Shown: positions 29,953 to 39,192 of the stretch, in pieces
Layout: every line of letters begins with the position of its first letter
Numbering within the stretch: position 1 is the first letter of the stretch
From: an uncultured Desulfospira sp.
Lineage (GTDB): Bacteria; Desulfobacterota; Desulfobacteria; Desulfobacterales; Desulfobacteraceae
DNA: 64,000 nucleotides
Assembly: GCA_963663165.1 (NCBI GenBank)
Contig: OY760175.1
Coordinates: 4,928,001 to 4,992,000 of the forward strand
Direction: 5' to 3'
Made by a program: the position numbers and the translations under genes
Notes under the pieces: generated by a model
The model's database searches: none
Seen by the model: only the letters and a program-made list of their open reading frames with translations
Told to the model about the DNA's origin: nothing

Positions 29953-31293
29953 ATGGCCCCACAGGCAACAAACAACCTTGACGTTTACAAACCGCGTACT
30001 CCCAAAGAAAGCGCATATTATAAGTGTGTTGAGAATCATTTTGAAGAGTTGGAACGGGTATGGGATGATATGTATAAATCCCGATACGGCTATTGGCGAA
30101 CATACATCATGACCGTGATTTACAGATATCTCGACTGTGGCGATCTTCATATGGGGTTTGCCAGGGTCCGTTGTGAAGAATGTGGCCATGAGTATCTCCT
30201 GGCATTTTCTTGCAAACGTCGGCATTTTTGCCCATCCTGTCATCAGAAAAGGGTTGTCGAATATGGAGAATGGCTGCTGACAAATGTCTTAAAAAATGTC
30301 CCATACCGGCAATGGGTTTTCAGCATTCCTAAACGGTTACGAATTTATTTTCTTTATGACCGCACTTTACTGGCAAAACTTTCCAAATGTGCATGGAGTG
30401 TTATTACAGCTTACCTGAAATCTACGGTCCCGGATGGAGAAGCTGTTCCCGGTGCCAGTATTGCAGTGCAGACCTATGGCGACTTTCTAAATTTCAATCC
30501 CCATCTTCACGCCATAGTTTCAGATGGTTGCTTCTTAAAAGACGGCAGCTTTCAGACTGCTCCGATATTTATGCTTAAAGACCTGGAAGAAGCATTTCAG
30601 TATGAGGTGCTGAAAATGCTCAAGAAAGAGGGGAAAATCAATGATGCCATCATTGAAAACATGCTTTCCTGGCATCATTCCGGGTTTAATGTTTATATCG
30701 GAGGCAGAATCGAGCCTGATGATAAAGTCGGGCTTGGCAACCTGGCAAGATATATCATTCGAGCCTGTTTCTCCCAGGAAAGACTGGTCTATTTTCCGGC
30801 CGAAAAATCTGATGATGGCGTCGCTAAAATCATTTATACCGCCAAAGACGGAAAATCCCAAAAGAGGTTTAATGCTTTGGATTGGCTGGCCAGGTTGGTG
30901 ACACATATTCCAGGAAGATACGAGCATACCGTTCGTTACTATGGTCACTTTTCTAACAAGTCCAGGGGGATGAGAAAGAAGGCGGAAACTGATAACACAA
31001 TCCCGACAATTATGCAAAATAAGATGTCTTCAAAAGAAGCAAGGCAGAATTGGGCCAGGTTAATCCAAAAAATTTATGAAGTTGATCCTTTGGTTTGCCC
31101 AAAATGTCAGGGTCAAATGAAACTGATTTCTTTTGTGGAAAATCTCGATGTTATAGAAAAAATTCTGCGTCACCTGGGCTTATGGGATATTCACAACCAT
31201 GATCCACCGCAGGCGGTTATTTCTGAGCCCATTCCTGAGTTGGTTTATGACTTTTCAGACTCTCAAATTCCGGCGGTTGAGTATTGGAATTGA
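29953..31293 (+). CDS. IS91-family transposase
   Basis: SCKRRHFCPSC Zn domain, NPHLH (HUH), HHSGFNV, VRYYG, C-terminal CPKC. Confidence 0.92.
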   Translation: MAPQATNNLDVYKPRTPKESAYYKCVENHFEELERVWDDMYKSRYGYWRTYIMTVIYRYLDCGDLHMGFARVRCEECGHEYLLAFSCKRRHFCPSCHQKRVVEYGEWLLTNVLKNVPYRQWVFSIPKRLRIYFLYDRTLLAKLSKCAWSVITAYLKSTVPDGEAVPGASIAVQTYGDFLNFNPHLHAIVSDGCFLKDGSFQTAPIFMLKDLEEAFQYEVLKMLKKEGKINDAIIENMLSWHHSGFNVYIGGRIEPDDKVGLGNLARYIIRACFSQERLVYFPAEKSDDGVAKIIYTAKDGKSQKRFNALDWLARLVTHIPGRYEHTVRYYGHFSNKSRGMRKKAETDNTIPTIMQNKMSSKEARQNWARLIQKIYEVDPLVCPKCQGQMKLISFVENLDVIEKILRHLGLWDIHNHDPPQAVISEPIPELVYDFSDSQIPAVEYWN

Positions 31294-31429
31294 TTTTCAC
31301 TGTACGCGGGGTTTCTGGTGAGGTGCGCTTAAAATCAGCTTAAATTTTGGAATTTTCATATTTGCTTTGGAAATTTCTGATACAGACTGTTCTTTTACCT
31401 CTGTCCTGCGACATCCCTTTTTTCGGCGA

Positions 31430-31485
31430 ATGCCCCCGCCGGGCCACAGGCACAACATGTTGTGCCTGTGGCCCGGCGGGGGCAT
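31430..31485. repeat. Perfect 56-bp palindrome near the IS91 right end (second copy 36841-36896)
   Basis: ATGCCCCCGCCGGGCCACAGGCACAACA|TGTTGTGCCTGTGGCCCGGCGGGGGCAT. Confidence 0.9.
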
Positions 31486-31547
31486 ATTTCAAGCTTCCAA
31501 TATTTTTCTATACTTCTTGAGTCAATAAGCAAGTTCTTATCTGTAAA

Positions 31548-32044
31548 GACTGATTGGGTTTCATAGTGCCAATCTTGCCGGCATAAAAGATATTGATAAA
31601 CAATGTCTCAATCAGATCATCTTTGTTATGACCTAACGCCACCTTTTTGCAGTTGTTCTCTTTTGCCAGCTCAAACAGCCGTTTACGCCTGAGGCGGCTG
31701 CAGAGAAAACAGGGATTTTCTCTGTTTTTCTCTGCATGGGCCTGATAACCGAAATCTGTTTTTTCAATGACCAGGCCTGAATGGGCGTCCCGGTATCTGT
31801 CATTGATATAGCAGGCCAGGTCTTCGGCAAAAGAATTTTCAAATCCTGCATCAATATGAACAGGAATAAGATCAAATGTGACAGGGGCTTTTTTTTTAAG
31901 GCTTACGAGCAGGTGGAAGAGAGCCAGGCTGTCCAAACCGCCGGAAACACCTACAAGTATCCGGTCGCAGTCCGATATCATCCGCCATTCGTCAATCGCC
32001 TTGCCAAGCAGATGTGTCAGGCGCTTTGTCAGCCCTTTGCCCAC
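31548..32044 (-). pseudogene. ttcA: tRNA 2-thiocytidine biosynthesis protein TtcA-like, 3'-truncated at the IS91 end
   Basis: PP-loop SGGLDS, CFLCSRLRR, ALGHNKDD; tail LQIRTCLLTQEV is read largely from IS91 sequence. Confidence 0.82.
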
Positions 32045-32052
32045 AACGTGAG

Positions 32053-32262
32053 TTATTCGTCTTCAGGCATTACATCTTTTTTAACAACAATCCGGTTTGC
32101 AGCAATCTCCCTAAGGACAGTTACCACATCCTCGTTTTTGGATGGAGGAACAAGAAAATCGGCACCTTCCCTGACCTGACGCACCCGTTTTGCAGCCAGG
32201 TGGACAAGGGTAAAGCGGTTATCGACATTTTTCAAACAGTCTTCAATAGTTACACGTGCCAC
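32053..32262 (-). CDS. rpoZ: RNA polymerase omega subunit
   Basis: (V)ARVTIEDCL..NRFTLVHLAAKRVRQ..LREIA; GTG start after GGAAAGGA. Confidence 0.93.
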   Translation of the reverse strand: MARVTIEDCLKNVDNRFTLVHLAAKRVRQVREGADFLVPPSKNEDVVTVLREIAANRIVVKKDVMPEDE

Positions 32263-32391
32263 AATAGATTCCTTTCCATATAACCCCCATGTCCTAGCGG
32301 ACACAACGAAGCATGAAACACTTGCAAATTTTGAAAAAAGGTCATAGCTATCAATTTTTTTTTCGACCAAGAAAAATATAAGGAGATAGCT

Positions 32392-33651
32392 ATGACCAAG
32401 GGATCAAAAAATAGCACATTAATCCAAATTGTTCACCCAATTTGTTGTGGTTTGGATGTTCACAAAGACAAAATTTCAGCCTGTTTAATCACTGTTGATG
32501 GTAATGGGAAAGAACAGCATAAGATTCGAGAATTTTCATCATTTACTCAAGATTTGCAAAAAATGAAAATGTGGTTGATTGAAAACAGCTGTCCTGTAGT
32601 GGCAATGGAAAGTACCGGGGTATATTGGCATCCGGTTTATAACACCATTGAAGGTACGATGGAGGTTGTTTTGGTGAATGCCAGGCATATTAAAAATGTT
32701 CCAGGCAGAAAAACAGACATCTGTGACAGTAAATGGCTTGCAGGACTGCTTCGTCATGGGTTGGTAAAAGGTAGTTTTATTCCCCCTGAACATGTTCGTG
32801 AATGGCGTGAGTTAAGCCGATTACGAAAAACATATACAGAATCTCTGGCTGATTATAAGCGACGTGTTCATAAATTATTTATCACGGCAAATATTAAAAT
32901 TGATTCTGTTGTTTCTGATTTGTTCGGGCTTACCGGTTTGAATCTCATTGATTTGTTATGCAAAAACGGTGAAGTGACTTTGGAAAAGGTCCAGGAATGC
33001 ACAAAAGGAGGGCTTAAAAAGAAAATTCCTGAATTATATTTAAGCCTCCATGGATATTTTAAAGATCATCATCGATTCCAACTGATTGGCATGATGGAGG
33101 CCATTGAGATGTTTCAAAAACAGATTGAACAAATTGATGATAGATTGGAATTACTTACCCTCGACTATGAAAATTTACTGAAAAGGTTAGATGAAGTTCC
33201 CGGGATCGATAAAAAGTCAGCGCAATCCATTCTTGGAGAAGTCGGGGTCACATTGAATGAGTTTGAAAGCATGTCTGCTTTTGTTGCATGGGCCGGATTG
33301 TGCCCGGGAAACAATGAAAGCGCGGGTAAAAGGAAAAGCGGCCGGAACGCGGTTCGAAATCATCCATTCAAAACGATTTTAGTGCAGGCTGCATGGGCTG
33401 CAATTAAAAAGAAGGGCTCGTACTACAAGGCCAAATATTATAAGCTGAAGTCAAGGCGGGGTGCCAGAAAAGCGATTGTTGCCATAGCCCACAGGATAGC
33501 AAAAGCTATTTACAGCATCATCAAAAACGGGGACATTTATAAAGACCTTGGCGAGGACTATTTAAGCAAACCCAATAAGCAAAGAATGTTGAAGAATTTG
33601 GCAAGAAAGGCGGATGAATTAGGAATGAAACTTGTACCGTGTGAAAGCTGA
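32392..33651 (+). CDS. IS110-family DEDD transposase/recombinase
   Basis: GLDVHK, MESTGVYW, KTDICDS, AGLCPGNNESAG, KAIVAIAH. Confidence 0.93.
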   Translation: MTKGSKNSTLIQIVHPICCGLDVHKDKISACLITVDGNGKEQHKIREFSSFTQDLQKMKMWLIENSCPVVAMESTGVYWHPVYNTIEGTMEVVLVNARHIKNVPGRKTDICDSKWLAGLLRHGLVKGSFIPPEHVREWRELSRLRKTYTESLADYKRRVHKLFITANIKIDSVVSDLFGLTGLNLIDLLCKNGEVTLEKVQECTKGGLKKKIPELYLSLHGYFKDHHRFQLIGMMEAIEMFQKQIEQIDDRLELLTLDYENLLKRLDEVPGIDKKSAQSILGEVGVTLNEFESMSAFVAWAGLCPGNNESAGKRKSGRNAVRNHPFKTILVQAAWAAIKKKGSYYKAKYYKLKSRRGARKAIVAIAHRIAKAIYSIIKNGDIYKDLGEDYLSKPNKQRMLKNLARKADELGMKLVPCES

Positions 33652-33842
33652 ATAACTTAGCAACATGTTTTGTACCGATATTGTTTAGAGGCGTACAACA
33701 GATAAATTGATTATTGACTCAGTAATAAAAAGTCGGATGTTGAAATGAAGCCTTAGAGCGCGAATATAACATGACTGGTCGGTTTTTTGCACAACGAACT
33801 GTTAGTCCCCACCAGGGGAACTACGTATATAAAACTTATTTA

Positions 33843-35720
33843 GTGCCTGACCGGAAACCCCGATTTTGAAATTTTCAGGGGGTCGATGTTTGACAAAACC
33901 TTAAATCTTTGTTGTTCCTGTCATCACAAACCGGGAGAAATGCTTCCATCTCTGCCGGTTTTCGGCAACTTTCTCCTTTTCCGGACGCAACTGTAGTGTT
34001 TGCCGTGTTTTTTTTAAGCAATGGCCTGTTTTAAGCTGCTTTGCGCTGTTCAGACCCTTGCAGCTTTTTTAATCCCTTTTGTTGTATGTGATGCCCGATG
34101 ATCTGGAGATTTCTTGCCAAAACCGACAGGCTCACATACCTCTTAAACCCTTGAATGCCATGATCCGGGCATCTGTCAAGACCATGATTTTCCAGTCCGT
34201 TTATGGCAGATTCCACCGCTGAATGTTTTCTTTTAAAACGAATGAAATCTTCCGCTGTTTCTTCTTCATATTCCGCCTTGTTGCATCTGCCTTTTTTCGG
34301 AAGCACCAAAATATCCAATCTGCCCTTCAGGTCATTTTTGTTGCCTGGAGAGTAAAACCCTTTATCAAAACTGCATCCTTTGAGATCAGAAAATTTGCTT
34401 TGTGCCAATGTTACCATCGCAACGGCGACTTTATCATCGGTTTCTTTCTCCATCACCCGGTGGTGCAGGATAAAGCCATATTGGTCCTCCAGGATACATA
34501 CCCGCAAGCCCAATTCCTGGGGAACACCGGCCTTGCCTTTTGAAATCCACTCCGTGTGGGGTTCGAAAATCGAAAAAATCTTGTCTTCATGGGGGATCTT
34601 TTCATCCTGTAACACCCGGCGTTTGATCAAATCAATTTGCCAAAGTGCGTAGTTGATATATGTTTGTAATTCTTCAGCTCGGGCTGCACATATAATATCG
34701 GATGCCGGTATCATTTCCACGGTCAATCGCGCCTTTTGAATATATTTTTCAGCAAGCTTGATATATGCTGTATGGGCATCCATAATTTGCTGGACTCTTT
34801 TGGCCTTTTTCTTTTCATCCTTTGATGTGGAATGTTTCAAACGCTGGACTATTCGATAAAGCTTTTTAAATGCTTTAATATTATACGCTGATTGCCGCCA
34901 CATACTCGTTCCAATGTCCTGGCTGATAATAGCGGCAATTTGAATCATTTTTCGGACTGCATCAAAAAGCAGGTTGATATCTGTGGGATAATGAACATTG
35001 GTTTCTACAACGAATGAATCACACCGCCCAATCAAGGCTCCATCGTCCGAAGTTTTTTTTTCATCAGAAGTTTATGGCCTTCTTGCACAACCAGAGTGTT
35101 GATTTTGTCAAGAATATCTGGGGTCATAAGCCTGACATTATCTTTCAGGGTCTGAAGGGGGTAGGCGATATCATTGTCCATCATGCCATGCCCCAGCATC
35201 TGCCTTATTGTTTTGTGGTTGTTCACCATTTCCTGGAGTTTATCATAATCCCAATTGCAATTGAGCCGAATGACGCCCATTACAAGGATCTTCCACAGGT
35301 CCATACCGGGACGTCCATTTTTAGAATCGGTACTTTCTGGGATCATGTCCGTGAGGATATCAAAAACTTTTTGTCGAAGACTCTGGTCGCAATAGATATG
35401 TTGGAGTCCCAAAAGAAGTTTGGGGATTTCATCCCTGGCTCTCATATCAATTTTAATTTGATCGATAGGGGTCTGCCCGAATGTCATCTGTAGTTCAAAA
35501 ATTTTACGCAAAACGACCTCGAAGTTCTGATGGAATGTTGAAGTTTGAATTACTATTGGCTTGTCTCACAAAACATAAATCCTATATAATTTTATAGGGT
35601 TAGATTAACATAGTAATTAGTAAAAAGCAACAAGTAATTCATATCACAACAGAAACTTCAAACGAATTTCAGCCCAGATACCCCTGGAAAATATGATGGT
35701 TCCAATTTCCGGTCAGGCAC
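33843..35720 (-). mobile_element. ISNCY-like copy 3 (transposase 34031-35511)
   Basis: Same IRs, 1878 bp; TSD TATTTA. Confidence 0.9.
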
Positions 35721-36009
35721 TATTTAAGTAAACTGACCACTACTGATGATTTAAGAAACTATCTTCTGTGCTTGAGATATTAACCAAACGGGAAATATTA
35801 TCGATTGGATATTAAAAAATTGTAACGCTAATCAAAATGTTTTGGGGCAAACCCATAAACCAACGGAATTCTATTCCCTTTTTACGGGGTAGTGTTTCAT
35901 ATAAACGGTCATGGACCATCTTTGGGTTCATTGCAGGATACGAGCCTGATGGGGCATCCTGTCAATGGTTCTTCATTATTTTATGTTTGTAAAACAGAAT
36001 GTTAATGGA

Positions 36010-36396
36010 TCAAAGAATATCGACAATCTCGTAAATTCGTTTCCCGCCAGGGGCCTGGATGACAGCCTCATCACCCGGCACTTTTCCAATCAGGGCCGCA
36101 CCCAGAGGAGAGGTCACAGAAATTTTTCCCTTTTTAATATCAGCCTCATCTTCTCCAACGATCATGTACTCAAGTTCTTCTTCAGAATCCAGATTTTCGA
36201 CAACAACGCGACTTGCAAACCTTACCACATCCTTGGGTACGGATTTCGGATCAATGACTTTGGCATTACCGATCTTATAAGAAAGCTCTCCGATCCGCCC
36301 CTCAATAAAAGACTGACGCTCTTTGGCAGCATGGTACTCTGCATTCTCGGATAAATCGCCATGGGCCCTTGCCACCTCTATGGCCTTGATAATCTC
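36010..36396 (-). pseudogene. greA: Transcription elongation factor GreA, 5'-truncated
   Basis: ARAHGDLSENAEYHAAKERQ, ISVTSPLGAALIGK; N-terminus replaced by IS91 sequence. Confidence 0.9.
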
Positions 36397-36958
36397 AAAC
36401 TGATAACACAATCCCGACAATTATGCAAAATAAGATGTCTTCAAAAGAAGCAAGGCAGAATTGGGCCAGGTTAATCCAAAAAATTTATGAAGTTGATCCT
36501 TTGGTTTGCCCAAAATGTCAGGGTCAAATGAAACTGATTTCTTTTGTGGAAAATCTCGATGTTATAGAAAAAATTCTGCGTCACCTGGGCTTATGGGATA
36601 TTCACAACCATGATCCACCGCAGGCGGTTATTTCTGAGCCCATTCCTGAGTTGGTTTATGACTTTTCAGACTCTCAAATTCCGGCGGTTGAGTATTGGAA
36701 TTGATTTTCACTGTACGCGGGGTTTCTGGTGAGGTGCGCTTAAAATCAGCTTAAATTTTGGAATTTTCATATTTGCTTTGGAAATTTCTGATACAGACTG
36801 TTCTTTTACCTCTGTCCTGCGACATCCCTTTTTTCGGCGAATGCCCCCGCCGGGCCACAGGCACAACATGTTGTGCCTGTGGCCCGGCGGGGGCATATTT
36901 CAAGCTTCCAATATTTTTCTATACTTCTTGAGTCAATAAGCAAGTTCTTATCTGTAAA
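36397..36958 (+). mobile_element. Partial IS91 copy (right-end 562 bp)
   Basis: Direct repeat of 30986-31547. Confidence 0.92.
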
Positions 36959-38367
36959 TAGCTTGATCGGCTGGAACCGGGATAATAGGTCCCTGCCGCC
37001 ACCCAGATCTCGTCCCCGGAAAGGGAATAGGTTAAAGCGGTTTGGAGATCCGTCAAAGCATTCTTCCAGCTTGTTCCGACCTCCTTTCCGGTGAAATCAA
37101 CGTCCACATAGATCGTCCCGGCCGACGGCATATCATTTTCATCCGCGGGGTCTGTTCCATGCACCATCTCGACCATCTCGTCATAACCGTCGCCGTCCGA
37201 GTCGGTGTCATCCGGATCAGTGCCGTAAAAAATCTCTTCCGCGTAATCTGACAGCCCGTCTTCGTCCGAGTCCAGGAACTCGTCCGCGCCCATGTCAACG
37301 GTGCCGTTCAACCGATTCTCACCGTCAATATCTTCCGCGATGCCGGAAGCCGCTGAGTTTCTGCCTTTGTTGATGCAGGGTGACCAGCCAAGCAGGTGAA
37401 TGCCGTCACTGTCAAACCTCGGATCGGCATTGATATTACCGCCGTTGTCCGTTCCCAAACCACGGATGCCGCCTTCGACATCACAACAGGAAAATTGGGG
37501 GGTGGAAGAAGATGAACTATTATAAACCTCTTTTCCCGATGTTGCAGTATCTCCCCACAGGATGCAATTGGTTAGGATCGGCGAAGAAGACCCGTTATAG
37601 ATCCCGCCGCCAGACCCATAGCTGCCGGCTCTGTTTCCGCTGAACGTACAATTGGTAAGGATCGGCGAAGAAGACCTGTTGACCATCCCGCCGCCATGCA
37701 TAACGCTGGCTCTATTCCCGATGAATGTGCAGCCTGTGAGGGTCGGCGAAGAGTCGTCGTTGACCATCCCGCCGCCATATTGGTAGGCATTATTACTGAT
37801 AAAGGTGCAGCCTGTTAGAGTCGGCGAAGAATGGTCGTTGAACATCCCACCGCCTTGGGTGTAGGCGTAATTTCCGCTGAAAGTGCAATACGATATTGTC
37901 GGTGAGGATCTTATGTTATACATCCCGCCGCCATATGCGTTCGAATGTCCCTTTTTAATGGTAAACCCGGAAAGCACGGCTGTGGCGGTCAGGGAGAGGG
38001 AAGATGGATGGTAAAAGACATGATAGCACTTATTCGCACCGGAAAGAATGGTTTCGTTGGCGTCAATATCCCGCTGGGAACGTGCGGTTTCACTCCCGTC
38101 AAACCCCCCGTAAATACCAACGCCGTTTTTCATCTGAAAACAACTTGACGTGCTTGTGCCCGGATAATAGGTCCCTTCCGCCACCCAGATCTCGTCCCCG
38201 GAGGATGAAGCCGCCAGGGCAGCCTGAAGATCGGTATAGGCATCTGTCCAGCTTGATCCGTCATTCGCTCCGGAAGTGGCATCCGCATCCACATAAATGG
38301 TCACAGCATGTGCAGTTGTTCCAAGAAAGAAAATTCCCATCACCAGGAAAAAAAATATTTTCCGCAT
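36959..38367 (-). pseudogene. Secreted parallel beta-helix (Pmp/pectin-lyase-like) repeat protein, 3'-truncated by IS91
   Basis: Signal peptide; repeated GGGMxN..SSPTLTxCTFxGN; DSDxDG Ca-binding repeats; second module cut off. Confidence 0.82.
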
Positions 38368-38440
38368 ACGATCAACGCCCCCATATTCAATTTTATGGTT
38401 AACCGCCCAATGTCAAAGTCAATGATTTTCCCATACGCAT

Positions 38441-38672
38441 AACACATGAAATTACCCCCTGTCGTCCGGGATCATGCTTTTTTTGCCTGCCGGAAAAACC
38501 CAAAAAACGGGCAAAAAAAGTGGCAAAAATGCACAATTTCGGACGTCTGAAAAACTTAAAAATTATGTGTTAAATATTAATGTTATGAAGATATAGAAGA
38601 GATATTGAGTGGATTTACAATTCCCTTCACTTGGGATATAAATTTTTAAAAAAAACGGGTAGGCAGAATCTG
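38441..38672. promoter_or_regulatory. Duplicated upstream region, copy 1
   Basis: ~230-bp diverged direct repeat of 42402-42635; both precede minus-strand secreted-protein genes. Confidence 0.75.
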
Positions 38673-38673
38673 T

Positions 38674-38935
38674 AAATTCGGGGACAGTAAATTCGGGGAC
38701 ACGAAACAAAATTAAAATTGATGGCGTCGTAAAAAGTCTCCACCTACTGCGTTATGGTGCCTGACCAGATGCTCGACATACTACATGTATGCCTTCACAC
38801 CTGGCCAGACCCCATGCCTTGTAGGTGAAGATTTTTACTTAGCCATCGGTTGGACTTTTTACGAGTTCATCAAAATTGGCTTGTAAATATTTTAGTATCG
38901 TGTCCCCCGAATTTCCGTGTCCCCCGAATTTCCGA
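38674..38935. repeat. REP-like inverted pair (AAATTCGGGGACA x2 / TGTCCCCCGAATTT x2) enclosing a MITE
   Basis: Direct and inverted copies visible. Confidence 0.7.
38718..38873. mobile_element. MITE-like palindromic element
   Basis: TTGATGGCGTCGTAAAAAGTC ... GACTTTTTACGAGTTCATCAA termini; internal hairpin. Confidence 0.7.
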
Positions 38936-39023
38936 TATTTGAGAAACAAATAGATTAGACCTTAACAGATTCAGATCAAAAACGTTTGTCGTTCATTTTT
39001 TCTGATATTTGAGAAGGAAATGT

Positions 39024-39075
39024 TTAATCCGGGGACATACACAATTATCTTAAATTGTGTATATCCCCGGATTAA
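39024..39075. repeat. REP-like palindrome
   Basis: TTAATCCGGGGACATACACAATT / AATTGTGTATATCCCCGGATTAA. Confidence 0.75.
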
Positions 39076-39098
39076 AAGAATTTGTTCTATTAAATTTA

Positions 39099-39172
39099 CG
39101 GAAACCGGAGACCGGAAACCGGAGGACGGAAAGGAAGACAACCATTTTCCGGTCTCCGGTCTCCGGTCTCCT
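39099..39172. repeat. Inverted heptamer arrays (CGGARAC)n / (GGTCTCC)n
   Basis: Direct reading; forms a hairpin downstream of the surface protein gene. Confidence 0.7.
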
Positions 39173-39192
39173 TTCTTCCGAATTGACGGCAA

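Larger units (their letters stand above)
29844..31547 (+). mobile_element. IS91-family rolling-circle element (left end approximate)
   Basis: Y2 transposase; right end AAGCAAGTTCTTATCTGT(AAA) defined by the second copy. Confidence 0.82.
32281..35893 (+). mobile_element. IS110-family element (ends approximate), long 3' non-coding end interrupted by ISNCY copy 3
   Basis: Transposase plus flanking non-coding DNA between the rpoZ RBS and the greA 3' region; no clear IR or TSD. Confidence 0.55.

Noticed and set aside
32263..32370. N-terminal extension of RpoZ (105-aa call)
   Set aside because: The true start is GTG 32262 with an RBS; the extension runs into the IS110 left end
39099..39172. DGR or shufflon signal
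   Set aside because: No reverse transcriptase, template/variable repeat pair or adjacent invertase in the window
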